Below are positions 9,318-18,404 of a stretch of DNA of 52,690 bases, piece by piece. The stretch spans positions 1-52,690 of IMG/VR virus record IMGVR_UViG_3300020020_000040; one strand, given 5' to 3'. The position numbers and the translations under genes are program-made. The number at the start of each line of letters is the position of its first letter. Position 1 is the first letter of the stretch. Source of the stretch: a virus. Taxonomy: Duplodnaviria > Caudoviricetes. The notes under the pieces are model-generated. The model searched no databases. It saw only the letters and a program-made list of their open reading frames with translations, and had not been told where the DNA came from.

Positions 9318-10274
9318 ATGATTACTCTTAGGCCATTCCAAGCGCACGGTGACACCTTTGTAACTACTGGTAGCAGCACTGCTGATGCTATTCTCGGTAC
9401 CCCAATGGGTACTAGCACTCTCAGAATTGTAAATAGTACCAGTGGCACTGCTAAAGTGGCCCTCGGAGACACGGCTGCCCTAGCAGTCAGTGGCCTCACT
9501 GATAAATATATTACTATCCCGGCAGGTACGACTGAGTACCTGATGGTAGATAATGATACTCGTTTTATTGCTTCTGATACTGCTGCTCTTCCTGTGGTTA
9601 TGGGAACTGGTGGTGGTATGGGTAGCGGTGGTGGCGGTGGTAGTGGTGGCGGTGGCGATGCCACGGCAGCCAACCAGACCACAGGGAATACCACCCTCTC
9701 GACGATCAGCGGCAAACTGCCCGCATCGCTCGGAGCAAAGACCAGCGCTGCATCTCTGTCTGTCACGTTTGCAAGTGACACTGAAGGATCAGGCACTGCG
9801 GCAAGTCCTGCCTACACGAAAGGTGTATTCAATCCTGTAGTCGTAACCTTCACATTAGATACGGCCATCTATGCGGCTGGAGAGGTCCTAGCGGCAACTC
9901 AGACTATTACTAATGCAGTGTCGGCTAATGGTGCGACGGCTGTTATTCTCTCATGCTCGCTTGTCGATCCTGACGATCAGAAGCCTAGCATTCGGTTGAT
10001 CTTCTTCCGCACTAACGTAGCGCTCGGTACTGAGAACTCGGCACCGAACATTAGTGATGCAGATGCTTTGAACTTCATTGGCTCGATTGATGTGCTTACT
10101 ACCGACTGGGCTGATCTGGGTGGTGTTAGTGTTGCATCACTGTCGCTTCCCCGACCGCTGGTCGTCAAGGCCGGTGCAGGAACACGTGATTTGTATGTTG
10201 CTATCCTGAACGTTACCGGTACGCCGACGTTTGCTGGTGGCTCACTTCAAGCTGAGATCGGATTCGCAGAATGA
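9318..10274 (+). CDS. Putative virion appendage/fibre protein
   Basis: Two beta-rich domains joined by a poly-Gly linker and DATAANQ..LPASLG segment. Confidence 0.6.
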   Translation: MITLRPFQAHGDTFVTTGSSTADAILGTPMGTSTLRIVNSTSGTAKVALGDTAALAVSGLTDKYITIPAGTTEYLMVDNDTRFIASDTAALPVVMGTGGGMGSGGGGGSGGGGDATAANQTTGNTTLSTISGKLPASLGAKTSAASLSVTFASDTEGSGTAASPAYTKGVFNPVVVTFTLDTAIYAAGEVLAATQTITNAVSANGATAVILSCSLVDPDDQKPSIRLIFFRTNVALGTENSAPNISDADALNFIGSIDVLTTDWADLGGVSVASLSLPRPLVVKAGAGTRDLYVAILNVTGTPTFAGGSLQAEIGFAE

Positions 10275-10687
10275 ACGCGGCAACCCTCGCGAGGTGGTTC
10301 GCGCCGCGTCAACTGGGTGATGATGTTCTCACGAACGGAGACTTCGAAAGCGGGTCTACGGGTTGGACTGTGTCCGGCAACGACGGTACGCACGTAGCCA
10401 CATTCAGTGGTGGCACTCTGCGGTTTCAGTCGGATACGACTAGTCCCCAGCTTCAGGTGTTTCAAAATTCGGTCGTCTCCGGCCAGCGTTATGAGGTGAT
10501 CGTCGAAGTGTCGTCTTGGACTAGTGGAACAGCAAAGATCGAGTATACAAACGGAACTCTGCTGCTCAACAGGGCCGGCATATTTCGAATGTTCCTAGTC
10601 GCCACAAACACGTCGTTCTCAATCACCCGCTCTACTACAAACGTCGATCTAACAATCAGTAGAGTTTCCTGTAGGCCGATACGATAA
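10271..10687 (+). CDS. Carbohydrate-binding-module-like (galactose-binding fold) protein
   Basis: LTNGDFESGSTGW start motif and GQRYEV strand typical of CBM4/9-like jelly rolls. Confidence 0.55.
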   Translation: MNAATLARWFAPRQLGDDVLTNGDFESGSTGWTVSGNDGTHVATFSGGTLRFQSDTTSPQLQVFQNSVVSGQRYEVIVEVSSWTSGTAKIEYTNGTLLLNRAGIFRMFLVATNTSFSITRSTTNVDLTISRVSCRPIR

Positions 10688-12147
10688 TGTTTACAATCCT
10701 GAAACGCAACCCGGCATTTAGCCCTCTGAGTTATGGTGCTGTTGGTGATGGTGTTACTAACGATCATACTGCAGTTAATGCTGCCATGCTAGCTGCTAGA
10801 GCGGCTGGTGGATACGTCATCATCCCATCCGGGTACACTTTCGGGATTGGGAGCTATCTATCCTTTCTGAACGGTGATAAAGGCATCATTGGTAAAGGCG
10901 GCACTATCAAGACGCTTGCCGCATCATCTGGTGTTCTGCTCTCCGGCAAGGCCCAAGGCCGAGCAGAGAATGTTGATGGCATGCTGGTTGAGGGGCTGAA
11001 CATCGACGCTAGTGGTGGACTGCTACAGGCGATCTACCTGTCTGGTTCGACCAATTGCCGGATCATCGGCAACCACATCACCAATCTGGACGAAGGTACT
11101 GGAATCCTGATTCGCTGCTTCAGTGTCGCCGACGGAGCGCCGACGGATAACCTCGTCGAGCACAATATCATTGAGGGCGATACTGGAGAAGATCCTCTGC
11201 ACAATGGTATCAATGTGAGTGGGTACCTGGACTACACGCCCTACGCTAGCGCGACTCTGATGTGGAAAGGTCTGTTCAGTATTGATACTGCGGCTGGTCT
11301 TCCGGCTCTGAGGAACACGATCCGGTATAACAGAATCACAGGTGGCTACTACGGCATCTCGATGGACTTTGCACAAGATAGCGAGATCGCCTACAACGTC
11401 ATCGCATCGAACATGCGAAACATCTCAGTGCAAAACCGCTCCGACAACAACCGTGTCCATCACAACAATCTTTCCGAGTCTATCAGTAGCGGTATTCATT
11501 TGGCATTCGGTTCGAGTGATAACGATATTATTGGTAATCGGATCGTCACAACTCGTGGCGTTGGTGAAGGTCTGCTACAGGCGTATGTCGGTTGCAATGA
11601 CAACGAGTTTGTAGGCAATTACACTAACTGCCCAGGTCCGTCAACTGGTAACAAGTACCACGCCTATATAGCAGTACAGTCTAACGGAAATCGGATGGAT
11701 CGCAATGTCCATTCCGGTCTTTGCCTAAAAGCCTACGTTGCTGTTGAAAGTGCATGGGATGGTGACGTCACCAATGACGCCCACCGGAACGACGGATTGG
11801 GTACGACTAATGACGGGTATACTGGTGGAGACATTACCGACAACGTTCTTGAATGTGTGACGATCTCCGGCTCAAGTGCTGTGCCTGCAATCTTCCTAAG
11901 CCAGATCAATCAAGATGGGACATGGGGTCAAACTGGAACGGTCCTGAACCGTAACCGGATTGTTGGCAACACCTATAGCAAACAACTCGAATTGTATGAG
12001 GCAACTAGCAGCGAACTGGTGTCGCTGGTAGCCACAAGCAATGTCTTTGACGCATCGGCAGATAGTTCCAAATTCACTCTGCCTCGTGATCGTGCAGGTC
12101 ATTTCTCAACTGATACCGGCAACAACTGGCCGGGTGGTGTGACATAA
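10687..12147 (+). CDS. Tailspike/depolymerase with pectate-lyase-like right-handed beta-helix
   Basis: YGAVGDGVTNDHTA N-terminal motif; repeated N-x-I-x-x-N Asn ladders. Confidence 0.82.
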   Translation: MFTILKRNPAFSPLSYGAVGDGVTNDHTAVNAAMLAARAAGGYVIIPSGYTFGIGSYLSFLNGDKGIIGKGGTIKTLAASSGVLLSGKAQGRAENVDGMLVEGLNIDASGGLLQAIYLSGSTNCRIIGNHITNLDEGTGILIRCFSVADGAPTDNLVEHNIIEGDTGEDPLHNGINVSGYLDYTPYASATLMWKGLFSIDTAAGLPALRNTIRYNRITGGYYGISMDFAQDSEIAYNVIASNMRNISVQNRSDNNRVHHNNLSESISSGIHLAFGSSDNDIIGNRIVTTRGVGEGLLQAYVGCNDNEFVGNYTNCPGPSTGNKYHAYIAVQSNGNRMDRNVHSGLCLKAYVAVESAWDGDVTNDAHRNDGLGTTNDGYTGGDITDNVLECVTISGSSAVPAIFLSQINQDGTWGQTGTVLNRNRIVGNTYSKQLELYEATSSELVSLVATSNVFDASADSSKFTLPRDRAGHFSTDTGNNWPGGVT

Positions 12148-12164
12148 CATAAAGGAATTCTCTA

Positions 12165-12653
12165 ATGGCTTTTACTACTAAAGACGCGAATACAGTCGAT
12201 AGAGTCTTCAAGACTACCGAAGCTTCTAGCGTACACACACCGCACGTTAATATCGATACGCTGCCGGCTCTTGTAGCTGGCACAGCTAACATCGGTGACG
12301 TTGATGTTCTGACCCTGCCATCTATTCCGGCAGGTCTTAACAACATCGGATACACTGGCGGTACTGATTATGAATCAGTTGCTGCTAGTCAGACTACCCA
12401 ATCGATGGGCTCTGCTGGTGCTCTGGGAGATTTCCTCTCCCATGTCACCATCACGCCTACGTCACTGTCCCCAGGGGCTGTGTCGATCAAGGATGGCAGC
12501 AACACCGCCATCGTTGTGTTTCCTGGTGGTACTGATTCTGTCCTAACCCTCCATCCCTTCACCGCTGTTATCGGTGCTAAGAGTGTTGTTGGTGCATGGC
12601 AGATTACTACCGGAGCTAACGTCACTGCTATCGGAGTTGGAGAGTTTACATAA
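12165..12653 (+). CDS. Putative fibre-associated structural protein
   Basis: Internal repeat LPALVAGTANIG / LPSIPAGLNNIG; beta-rich C-terminus. Confidence 0.6.
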   Translation: MAFTTKDANTVDRVFKTTEASSVHTPHVNIDTLPALVAGTANIGDVDVLTLPSIPAGLNNIGYTGGTDYESVAASQTTQSMGSAGALGDFLSHVTITPTSLSPGAVSIKDGSNTAIVVFPGGTDSVLTLHPFTAVIGAKSVVGAWQITTGANVTAIGVGEFT

Positions 12654-13348
12654 TGAACCGGGTGCTACTTCTTACTAGTTCCATTGCCGGCCTATTCGGC
12701 AGTGCAGAGGATACTCCTGTACAGGTTGCCTACATCACTGGCGGAGCAACTAGTCAGACTGGCACCTCTACTACTCTCACAGCTACTGGTCCTGATGTTC
12801 CTGCTGGTGGTGTTCAGATCTTTGATATCGCCATCAACTCAGACTCAGTTACTGCATCTCTTGATGGTGGTGGCTGGTCAGAACTTACGCAAAGTGATAG
12901 CTCAGGAGAGCCTAACAGACTTCGACGGTATGTCCGTGCTGGTCCTGTCAGTTCCGGTACGGTTACTGTAACCCTATCATCTGGTGTTGCTGCTCTTGGT
13001 TTCTGTTATGGTATGACTGGACCTGCCTTGAACTCTGCTGATTCTATTAGTGGTTATGTTGATAACCCCACTGCACCTAGTGTGGCGTCTGTTGCCCTAG
13101 CTGCCCAGGCGGTTGCCATTGGACCTAGTACGTACCCACGTTACGCCAATACACAGCCCTCCGGTGCCACGATTGCTAGTAACGTATGGAAGTACACTGG
13201 TACTGGTGGAATTGGATTATGTGTTGTGTATGAGAACTCTGGTGCAGGTAGCGTATCTATCGGTAGCTGGGTGATGTGGGATCCAGATGCTGATCTCGCA
13301 GGACAAGAATTGTACCGACAGATTGCTACTGTATTTGAACCAGCGTAA
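12653..13348 (+). CDS. Putative virion/fibre tip protein
   Basis: G/S/T/A-rich beta protein, TAATG-coupled to the upstream gene. Confidence 0.55.
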   Translation: MNRVLLLTSSIAGLFGSAEDTPVQVAYITGGATSQTGTSTTLTATGPDVPAGGVQIFDIAINSDSVTASLDGGGWSELTQSDSSGEPNRLRRYVRAGPVSSGTVTVTLSSGVAALGFCYGMTGPALNSADSISGYVDNPTAPSVASVALAAQAVAIGPSTYPRYANTQPSGATIASNVWKYTGTGGIGLCVVYENSGAGSVSIGSWVMWDPDADLAGQELYRQIATVFEPA

Positions 13349-13356
13349 GGATTATC

Positions 13357-13731
13357 ATGGCTAAAAAACCACTACCAACTACGGTCCCGGCTGCACAAGA
13401 AGAATTGATCACATCTAAAGAACGCATCCTTGAACTAAGGACCCAGTATCGAGATCGCCATCAACGTGTTCTTGATAAACAGACCAATCTTCGGGTTGTT
13501 CTTAACACACAATTCCAGAACCTTCTTAAAGCAACTAATGATCCTGAGATTGTCAATGCCGCTATCGGTGTTATCAATGCTGCATTCCTTGAGTGTACTA
13601 CGGAGATGCAAGCTCAAGAAGATTCCGAACCAGATAAACCTATTGATCTGTTTCCTGATAGGGATCTTCCCGAGCTTCCTGGAAGGCGTGTTCCAATTGA
13701 AGACCTAACCAATAGAGGAAACAATGGCTGA
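13357..13731 (+). CDS. Helical hypothetical protein (possible fibre chaperone)
   Basis: AAGGA RBS; charged helical composition. Confidence 0.55.
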   Translation: MAKKPLPTTVPAAQEELITSKERILELRTQYRDRHQRVLDKQTNLRVVLNTQFQNLLKATNDPEIVNAAIGVINAAFLECTTEMQAQEDSEPDKPIDLFPDRDLPELPGRRVPIEDLTNRGNNG

Positions 13732-15832
13732 AAATTTTGCCAACAATGCCAGATCGGTCCTTACTGGAAAGATTGTCCCTGGTCAAACCACGCTGACAGT
13801 ACGTAATGCGACTGCATTCCCAGTACCCAACTTCCGTATCGCTGTCGATAATGAATACATGTTGGTCACTGCAGTATCCGGTAAGACGCTCACAGTTGAA
13901 CGAGCGATCGAAGGTAGCCAGCAGGCAATGCATGCTGCTGGTGCAGATGTGGTGCATGTCATCACGGCGGGTGGTCTTAACCAGTATATTAACGACGCCA
14001 TTGCTGCTGGTGGTGCTGGTTCTGGTTCTAGTCTAACATCCCTTCAGGCAGAGATTGATGCTGCTGAAGTTAACATCGCGACTAACACTACCAACATTAC
14101 CGAACTGTATGCTCGGACAACTGTTGACGAAACGCGAATCAATGATCTTGAGACTGACATTCTTCGACTAGATATCGTTGATGACAATTTCAGAAACCAC
14201 ATCCCGATTGTTAACGACCAGAGCGTTTCTCTGCGTGGTAGTAACGCTACCAGTAAAGTCATTGAAGTACAGCCTGATAAGATTGGGTTCTTTGCTAAAG
14301 CCCCAATTACCATGCAGGAGATTGCAGCAGCAGGTACTGATGCAGCTACTACCATGGCGCTGGCTAACAACATCCGCACTCTTCTTCTTGGGTATGGACT
14401 AGTGAAAGTGGTTGGTGCTCCTAACCCTACACCGTCCCCACCCCCGAGTGCACCTCCGCCTGCGAGCGGTGGTTCGTGCTCAATCTCCATCACCAACGTT
14501 TCGTCTTCTGTACCTAGTAACCAAACCCTGACGTATACTGTCAGCGGTGGTAACAGTACGTCGTATCAAACCTGGTTGCTGTACTCAAGTGCCACCCCAG
14601 GCCCTACCGGTACGGGATCTGTCTCACCGCAGTTCGATGCTGTTGGTGGTGCCAGTGATGGCCCGTCCACTCTTCATTATAGTAAGAACATCTCCAATAT
14701 CCCGCCCGGTAACTATCTGTTGTGGGCTAAGGATAATAACGGTGCTGCTTGCCAAGACAGTTGGGTTGCTGTTCCTATTACCATTACTGCTGCTGCTGAT
14801 CCGCCTGCGCCTACTCCTGCTGGTACTGTGCCTGCTGCTATTCTGGCCATGGCACCTGCTCCTGCAGTCGGTAAGTACACTAACGGATCGTCCCAGAATC
14901 CTACCTGGATTCCTAACGGTGCTGGTGACTTCCCGCATCTGATCTTTAACGGGATGTACGATAGCGAGAACCAATCTGCGTTCGTCAGTCCCAGTATGTG
15001 GAACCTGTCGTTTGCTGGTTCGGACATTAACTCGTCCATCAGCGGAAACCAATACCGTAGTAGAACTGGACTTAGTGTTCAGACAGCTGAAGGTGGGATC
15101 TCTTTCCATCATCAAGCTCGACTGCCTACTGAATCTGCTATCCAAGCCTACCGTGTCAATCCTCCTAGTAGTGTGGTGTTGTATCCCAATACCTATGCCG
15201 GTCTCCGCCTTGGTGGTACTAGCACGTGGCCGTCGCAACAACCTGGTGTTCGTCAGTCTGGTCCTGCAATTCAATTCAAGAACATTCTAAGTCATTGGAT
15301 TGGAGCTAAGGCTTGGAACTTGACTTCCCTTGGTGGTGGGTCTCTTGGTACTGGGTGGATCGCACATGACATGCGAGTGTCTAGTGAAGGCAGAGCAACT
15401 ACTAGCTATAACGACGCACTGACTATTCTGCTTGGTGAAGTTCTAGTTACTAGGAAGCACTTGCCGATTGATCGTTACCTTGGTCCTAGTGATACCAGTG
15501 GTCATTATCGTGGTGAGTTTGAGATCTGGGGTTGCACGTTCCGACTGTACATTCAACAGGGTGCTACTAATACCTGCTTGATTCAGATGCGGACTGTTGG
15601 TGATTTGCCTAATCACTTCCCGATGCATGAGATCTGGAGGTTCCTGACCGAGACTACTTATGCGGAAGTTGGTCACACTACCGGGTATCGTATGCCTGGA
15701 CAGGGTATCAATGATCCAATGATTAATCCGAACAGTTGGTATCATCAGTGCGGTACTGGTATTGAGATGGAACATGATACGTACAACCTTAGCGTTGACA
15801 CGTACTATGACCGGATCAACCAAGATCTGTAA
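13724..15832 (+). CDS. Multi-domain tail fibre with C-terminal GH12-like glycosidase domain
   Basis: N-terminal FANNARS...LTVERAIEGS...HAAG anchor, coiled coil, Pro-rich linkers; C-terminal YPNTYAG, AHDM, GEVLV, GTGIE motifs. Confidence 0.6.
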   Translation: MAENFANNARSVLTGKIVPGQTTLTVRNATAFPVPNFRIAVDNEYMLVTAVSGKTLTVERAIEGSQQAMHAAGADVVHVITAGGLNQYINDAIAAGGAGSGSSLTSLQAEIDAAEVNIATNTTNITELYARTTVDETRINDLETDILRLDIVDDNFRNHIPIVNDQSVSLRGSNATSKVIEVQPDKIGFFAKAPITMQEIAAAGTDAATTMALANNIRTLLLGYGLVKVVGAPNPTPSPPPSAPPPASGGSCSISITNVSSSVPSNQTLTYTVSGGNSTSYQTWLLYSSATPGPTGTGSVSPQFDAVGGASDGPSTLHYSKNISNIPPGNYLLWAKDNNGAACQDSWVAVPITITAAADPPAPTPAGTVPAAILAMAPAPAVGKYTNGSSQNPTWIPNGAGDFPHLIFNGMYDSENQSAFVSPSMWNLSFAGSDINSSISGNQYRSRTGLSVQTAEGGISFHHQARLPTESAIQAYRVNPPSSVVLYPNTYAGLRLGGTSTWPSQQPGVRQSGPAIQFKNILSHWIGAKAWNLTSLGGGSLGTGWIAHDMRVSSEGRATTSYNDALTILLGEVLVTRKHLPIDRYLGPSDTSGHYRGEFEIWGCTFRLYIQQGATNTCLIQMRTVGDLPNHFPMHEIWRFLTETTYAEVGHTTGYRMPGQGINDPMINPNSWYHQCGTGIEMEHDTYNLSVDTYYDRINQDL

Positions 15833-15840
15833 TTGAAGCT

Positions 15841-15867
15841 GGGGGCTGCAGCAATGCAGCCTCCTCT
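15841..15867 (+). terminator. GNRA hairpin, possible weak terminator or processing site
   Basis: GGGGGCTGCA-GCAA-TGCAGCCTCC with only a poor U-tract (TCT). Confidence 0.5.
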
Positions 15868-15878
15868 ATGGAGGTAGT

Positions 15879-16085
15879 ATGGCTTGGACTGGACAACTAG
15901 GTGTTCCTTATGTGAGTGTCCTCGGTGATCTGGTACTTGGTTATATTCTAGGTGTAGATGAGGATCCTGATAGTCCTACTCTGTACCCTGCGTCCTGTGG
16001 TCCTGGTTCTAGCGGTGGTGCCATCACAGGTTCCAACGTTACGTACAAGCACCGAGAAGGAAATCAGAAATGGCCGACGAGGTAA
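15879..16085 (+). CDS. Small hypothetical protein
   Basis: GGAGG RBS; overlaps the endolysin start. Confidence 0.55.
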   Translation: MAWTGQLGVPYVSVLGDLVLGYILGVDEDPDSPTLYPASCGPGSSGGAITGSNVTYKHREGNQKWPTR

Positions 16086-16531
16086 AGAACAATAACGTCC
16101 GTGCCTTCTTGCAGATGATTCGTTACTGCGAGGGCACTGATGGAGTATATGGATACGCCACTCTGTTTGGTGGTCGTGTCTTTGAATCGTTTGCAGATCA
16201 TCCGCGTAAGCTGGTGGACTTCAAACTAGGTGGCAAGCCGTACAAATCTAGTGCGGCTGGTGCCTATCAATTTCTACAGAAGACTTGGGATGCCCTAGTC
16301 AAACAACATGGCTTCAAGGACTTCGGTCCAGAGAACCAGGATCGCGCTGCTGTCGAATTGATTCGTGGCAGGCGTGCTCTGCAAGATGTGATCAATGGTG
16401 ACCTTAAGGCTGCTGTTGACAAGTGCAATAAAGAATGGGCATCACTGCCGGGCAGTCCTTATGGACAACCGGTTAAATCATTTGAACAGTGTAAAGCTGT
16501 CTACCTTAAGAATGGTGGAGTATTGAAATGA
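16070..16531 (+). CDS. Endolysin, lambda R-like lytic transglycosylase (GH104)
   Basis: AFLQMIRYCEGT, SSAAGAYQFL, FGPENQD, EWASLPGSPYGQ. Confidence 0.92.
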   Translation: MADEVKNNNVRAFLQMIRYCEGTDGVYGYATLFGGRVFESFADHPRKLVDFKLGGKPYKSSAAGAYQFLQKTWDALVKQHGFKDFGPENQDRAAVELIRGRRALQDVINGDLKAAVDKCNKEWASLPGSPYGQPVKSFEQCKAVYLKNGGVLK

Positions 16532-16935
16532 CACCCGCTATCGCAGCCATCCTCAGCGTTCTTCCTAACATCCTTGACCGTGTTCTGCCTAATCAGTCAG
16601 AGCGTCAGCGGGCACAAGAGGAGCTAGCGAAGATTGCCGTCAATGGAGAAATCCAGCAGATGGTCTCGCAGATGGAAGTCAACAAAGTAGAAGCTGCCAG
16701 TGAGAGTATGTTCGTTGCTGGTTGGCGGCCGTTTGTTGGATGGATGTGTGGTATTGGTTTTGCTTATGCAACTATCGGACATGTGATGTTGAGTTGGTTG
16801 TCTGGTGCTATGGGTTGGGGAATGCCCCCGTCCATTGATGCCGATGTGCTGACTACTACACTGTGGGGTATGCTTGGTCTTGGCAGTCTTCGTACTGTTG
16901 AGAAGATTAAGGGCGCTACTCAAGGGAGTAAGTAA
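16528..16935 (+). CDS. Holin, GTA-type 3TM family
   Basis: NKVEAAS..FVAGWRPFVGW and MLGLGSLRTVEKIKG; adjacent to the endolysin. Confidence 0.8.
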   Translation: MTPAIAAILSVLPNILDRVLPNQSERQRAQEELAKIAVNGEIQQMVSQMEVNKVEAASESMFVAGWRPFVGWMCGIGFAYATIGHVMLSWLSGAMGWGMPPSIDADVLTTTLWGMLGLGSLRTVEKIKGATQGSK

Positions 16936-17666
16936 TGCTTAAAGGAAGAGACCACGATCAGAACACCTACGTCCATGGTACGTACAATGCTATCTGTGAT
17001 GTATGTGGATTCAAGAAGAAAGCAGTTGACATGCTGTCGCGGTGGGACGGTCTCTTCGTTTGCAAGGATGATTGGGAACCGAGACACATACTGGACTTTG
17101 GTAGAGCACCTCATGAGAGGAACGGAGTACCGATCGCTCGGCCTGATCCGTTGCCTAGGTTCAAAGATATTCCATACATCATGGATATCGAAGAGCCGGA
17201 AGTTACCTGGACTACTATCTACCTAAACGAGATCACTGCTGAGTATTCGGGTGGTCCTGTGTATGGTGTGACTGTACTGACTGACACATACAACATCCAT
17301 CAAAACTTTGGTGGTGGTATCTGGTCTGTGTACAAGAGTGGTGGATTGCCGGGCATTGCTAGATTCACAGCAACCGTCGTCTCAGCAACTCCTAGTACCA
17401 CGGCAATGAACTTTGTGATCAATGATATTCCAGTCCCGGTATCTAGTCTAGTGACACTGGCCAACAATGAGGTTGTCTTTGAGGTTGAAGAGGACACCAC
17501 ATTCAGTGCGTATGTGTTGCCTCAGTATGCGCCTAGCTCTGGAGCAACGACGATGGTCCCGACTACTATGGCGTCTATGGTACTGGGATTAGTTCCAATA
17601 CTGCAAGCTGTCGTTGGTGATCCAACCAACATCGTAGCTCAGTTGAAGGTTGAAATACAATCCTAA
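16935..17666 (+). CDS. Virion protein with N-terminal Cys/His cluster and beta-rich extension
   Basis: AICDVCGF...WDGLFVC..DWEPRH. Confidence 0.6.
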   Translation: MLKGRDHDQNTYVHGTYNAICDVCGFKKKAVDMLSRWDGLFVCKDDWEPRHILDFGRAPHERNGVPIARPDPLPRFKDIPYIMDIEEPEVTWTTIYLNEITAEYSGGPVYGVTVLTDTYNIHQNFGGGIWSVYKSGGLPGIARFTATVVSATPSTTAMNFVINDIPVPVSSLVTLANNEVVFEVEEDTTFSAYVLPQYAPSSGATTMVPTTMASMVLGLVPILQAVVGDPTNIVAQLKVEIQS

Positions 17667-17681
17667 TGATAGGAATCTATA

Positions 17682-18404
17682 ATGGCAATTTCGAATAGTT
17701 ACGATTGGAATCTAACCAGAACTGAAATCATCTCTGATGCTCTTCGTATTGCTGGTGCCCTTGGTGAGTGGGAGACTGCGTCTGCTACTCGCCTATCTAG
17801 GCTGACCTCGATCCTTAACGGGATCATCAAGATGAAGCAGCAGATCGGTATGCCTCTGTGGAAGATCTCTTCCCTTGGTCTTCCGATCCTTTCGTTCGGT
17901 GGCAACATCATCACTGTTGGACAAGGCAGTGCTACTATCGTTGCTGCCAAACCCTTGAAACTCCAGAGTGCCTGGCTTGCTAACTTTAACACAGTCCAGC
18001 CCCGAAGGGAGTTGGAGATTGTTGGACGTAGGGAATTCCTAGGTCAAGCTACTACCTACTCTACTGGTAGTCCGAACACCATCTACATGAGTCCTCTTCG
18101 TGAGTACAGTGAGATCTGGGTTCATCCGTACCCGAGTGAATACTCAATCGCCAATGAGTACATCGAGATTCATTACCAAGCTACCATCAGTGATGTAGAT
18201 AGTTCTACTGATAACGTCGACTTCCCTACTGAGTGGCTGCTTCTGATTACGTATGAACTAGCAGATGTAGTTGCTGCCATGTATGGCACACCTGCTGCTG
18301 AACGGTCAATGATTATCTCTAAACTGAAAGACCTTCGACAGATGGCAGAGCAGTTTGATGTAGAGGAGGGGAGCCTGTTCATTAGGCCCAACTATAATGG
18401 CTAA
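17682..18404 (+). CDS. Head-tail adaptor / tail tubular protein A-like
   Basis: IISDALRIAG, WVHPYP, DFPTEW..LITYELA; position before the nozzle gene. Confidence 0.65.
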   Translation: MAISNSYDWNLTRTEIISDALRIAGALGEWETASATRLSRLTSILNGIIKMKQQIGMPLWKISSLGLPILSFGGNIITVGQGSATIVAAKPLKLQSAWLANFNTVQPRRELEIVGRREFLGQATTYSTGSPNTIYMSPLREYSEIWVHPYPSEYSIANEYIEIHYQATISDVDSSTDNVDFPTEWLLLITYELADVVAAMYGTPAAERSMIISKLKDLRQMAEQFDVEEGSLFIRPNYNG

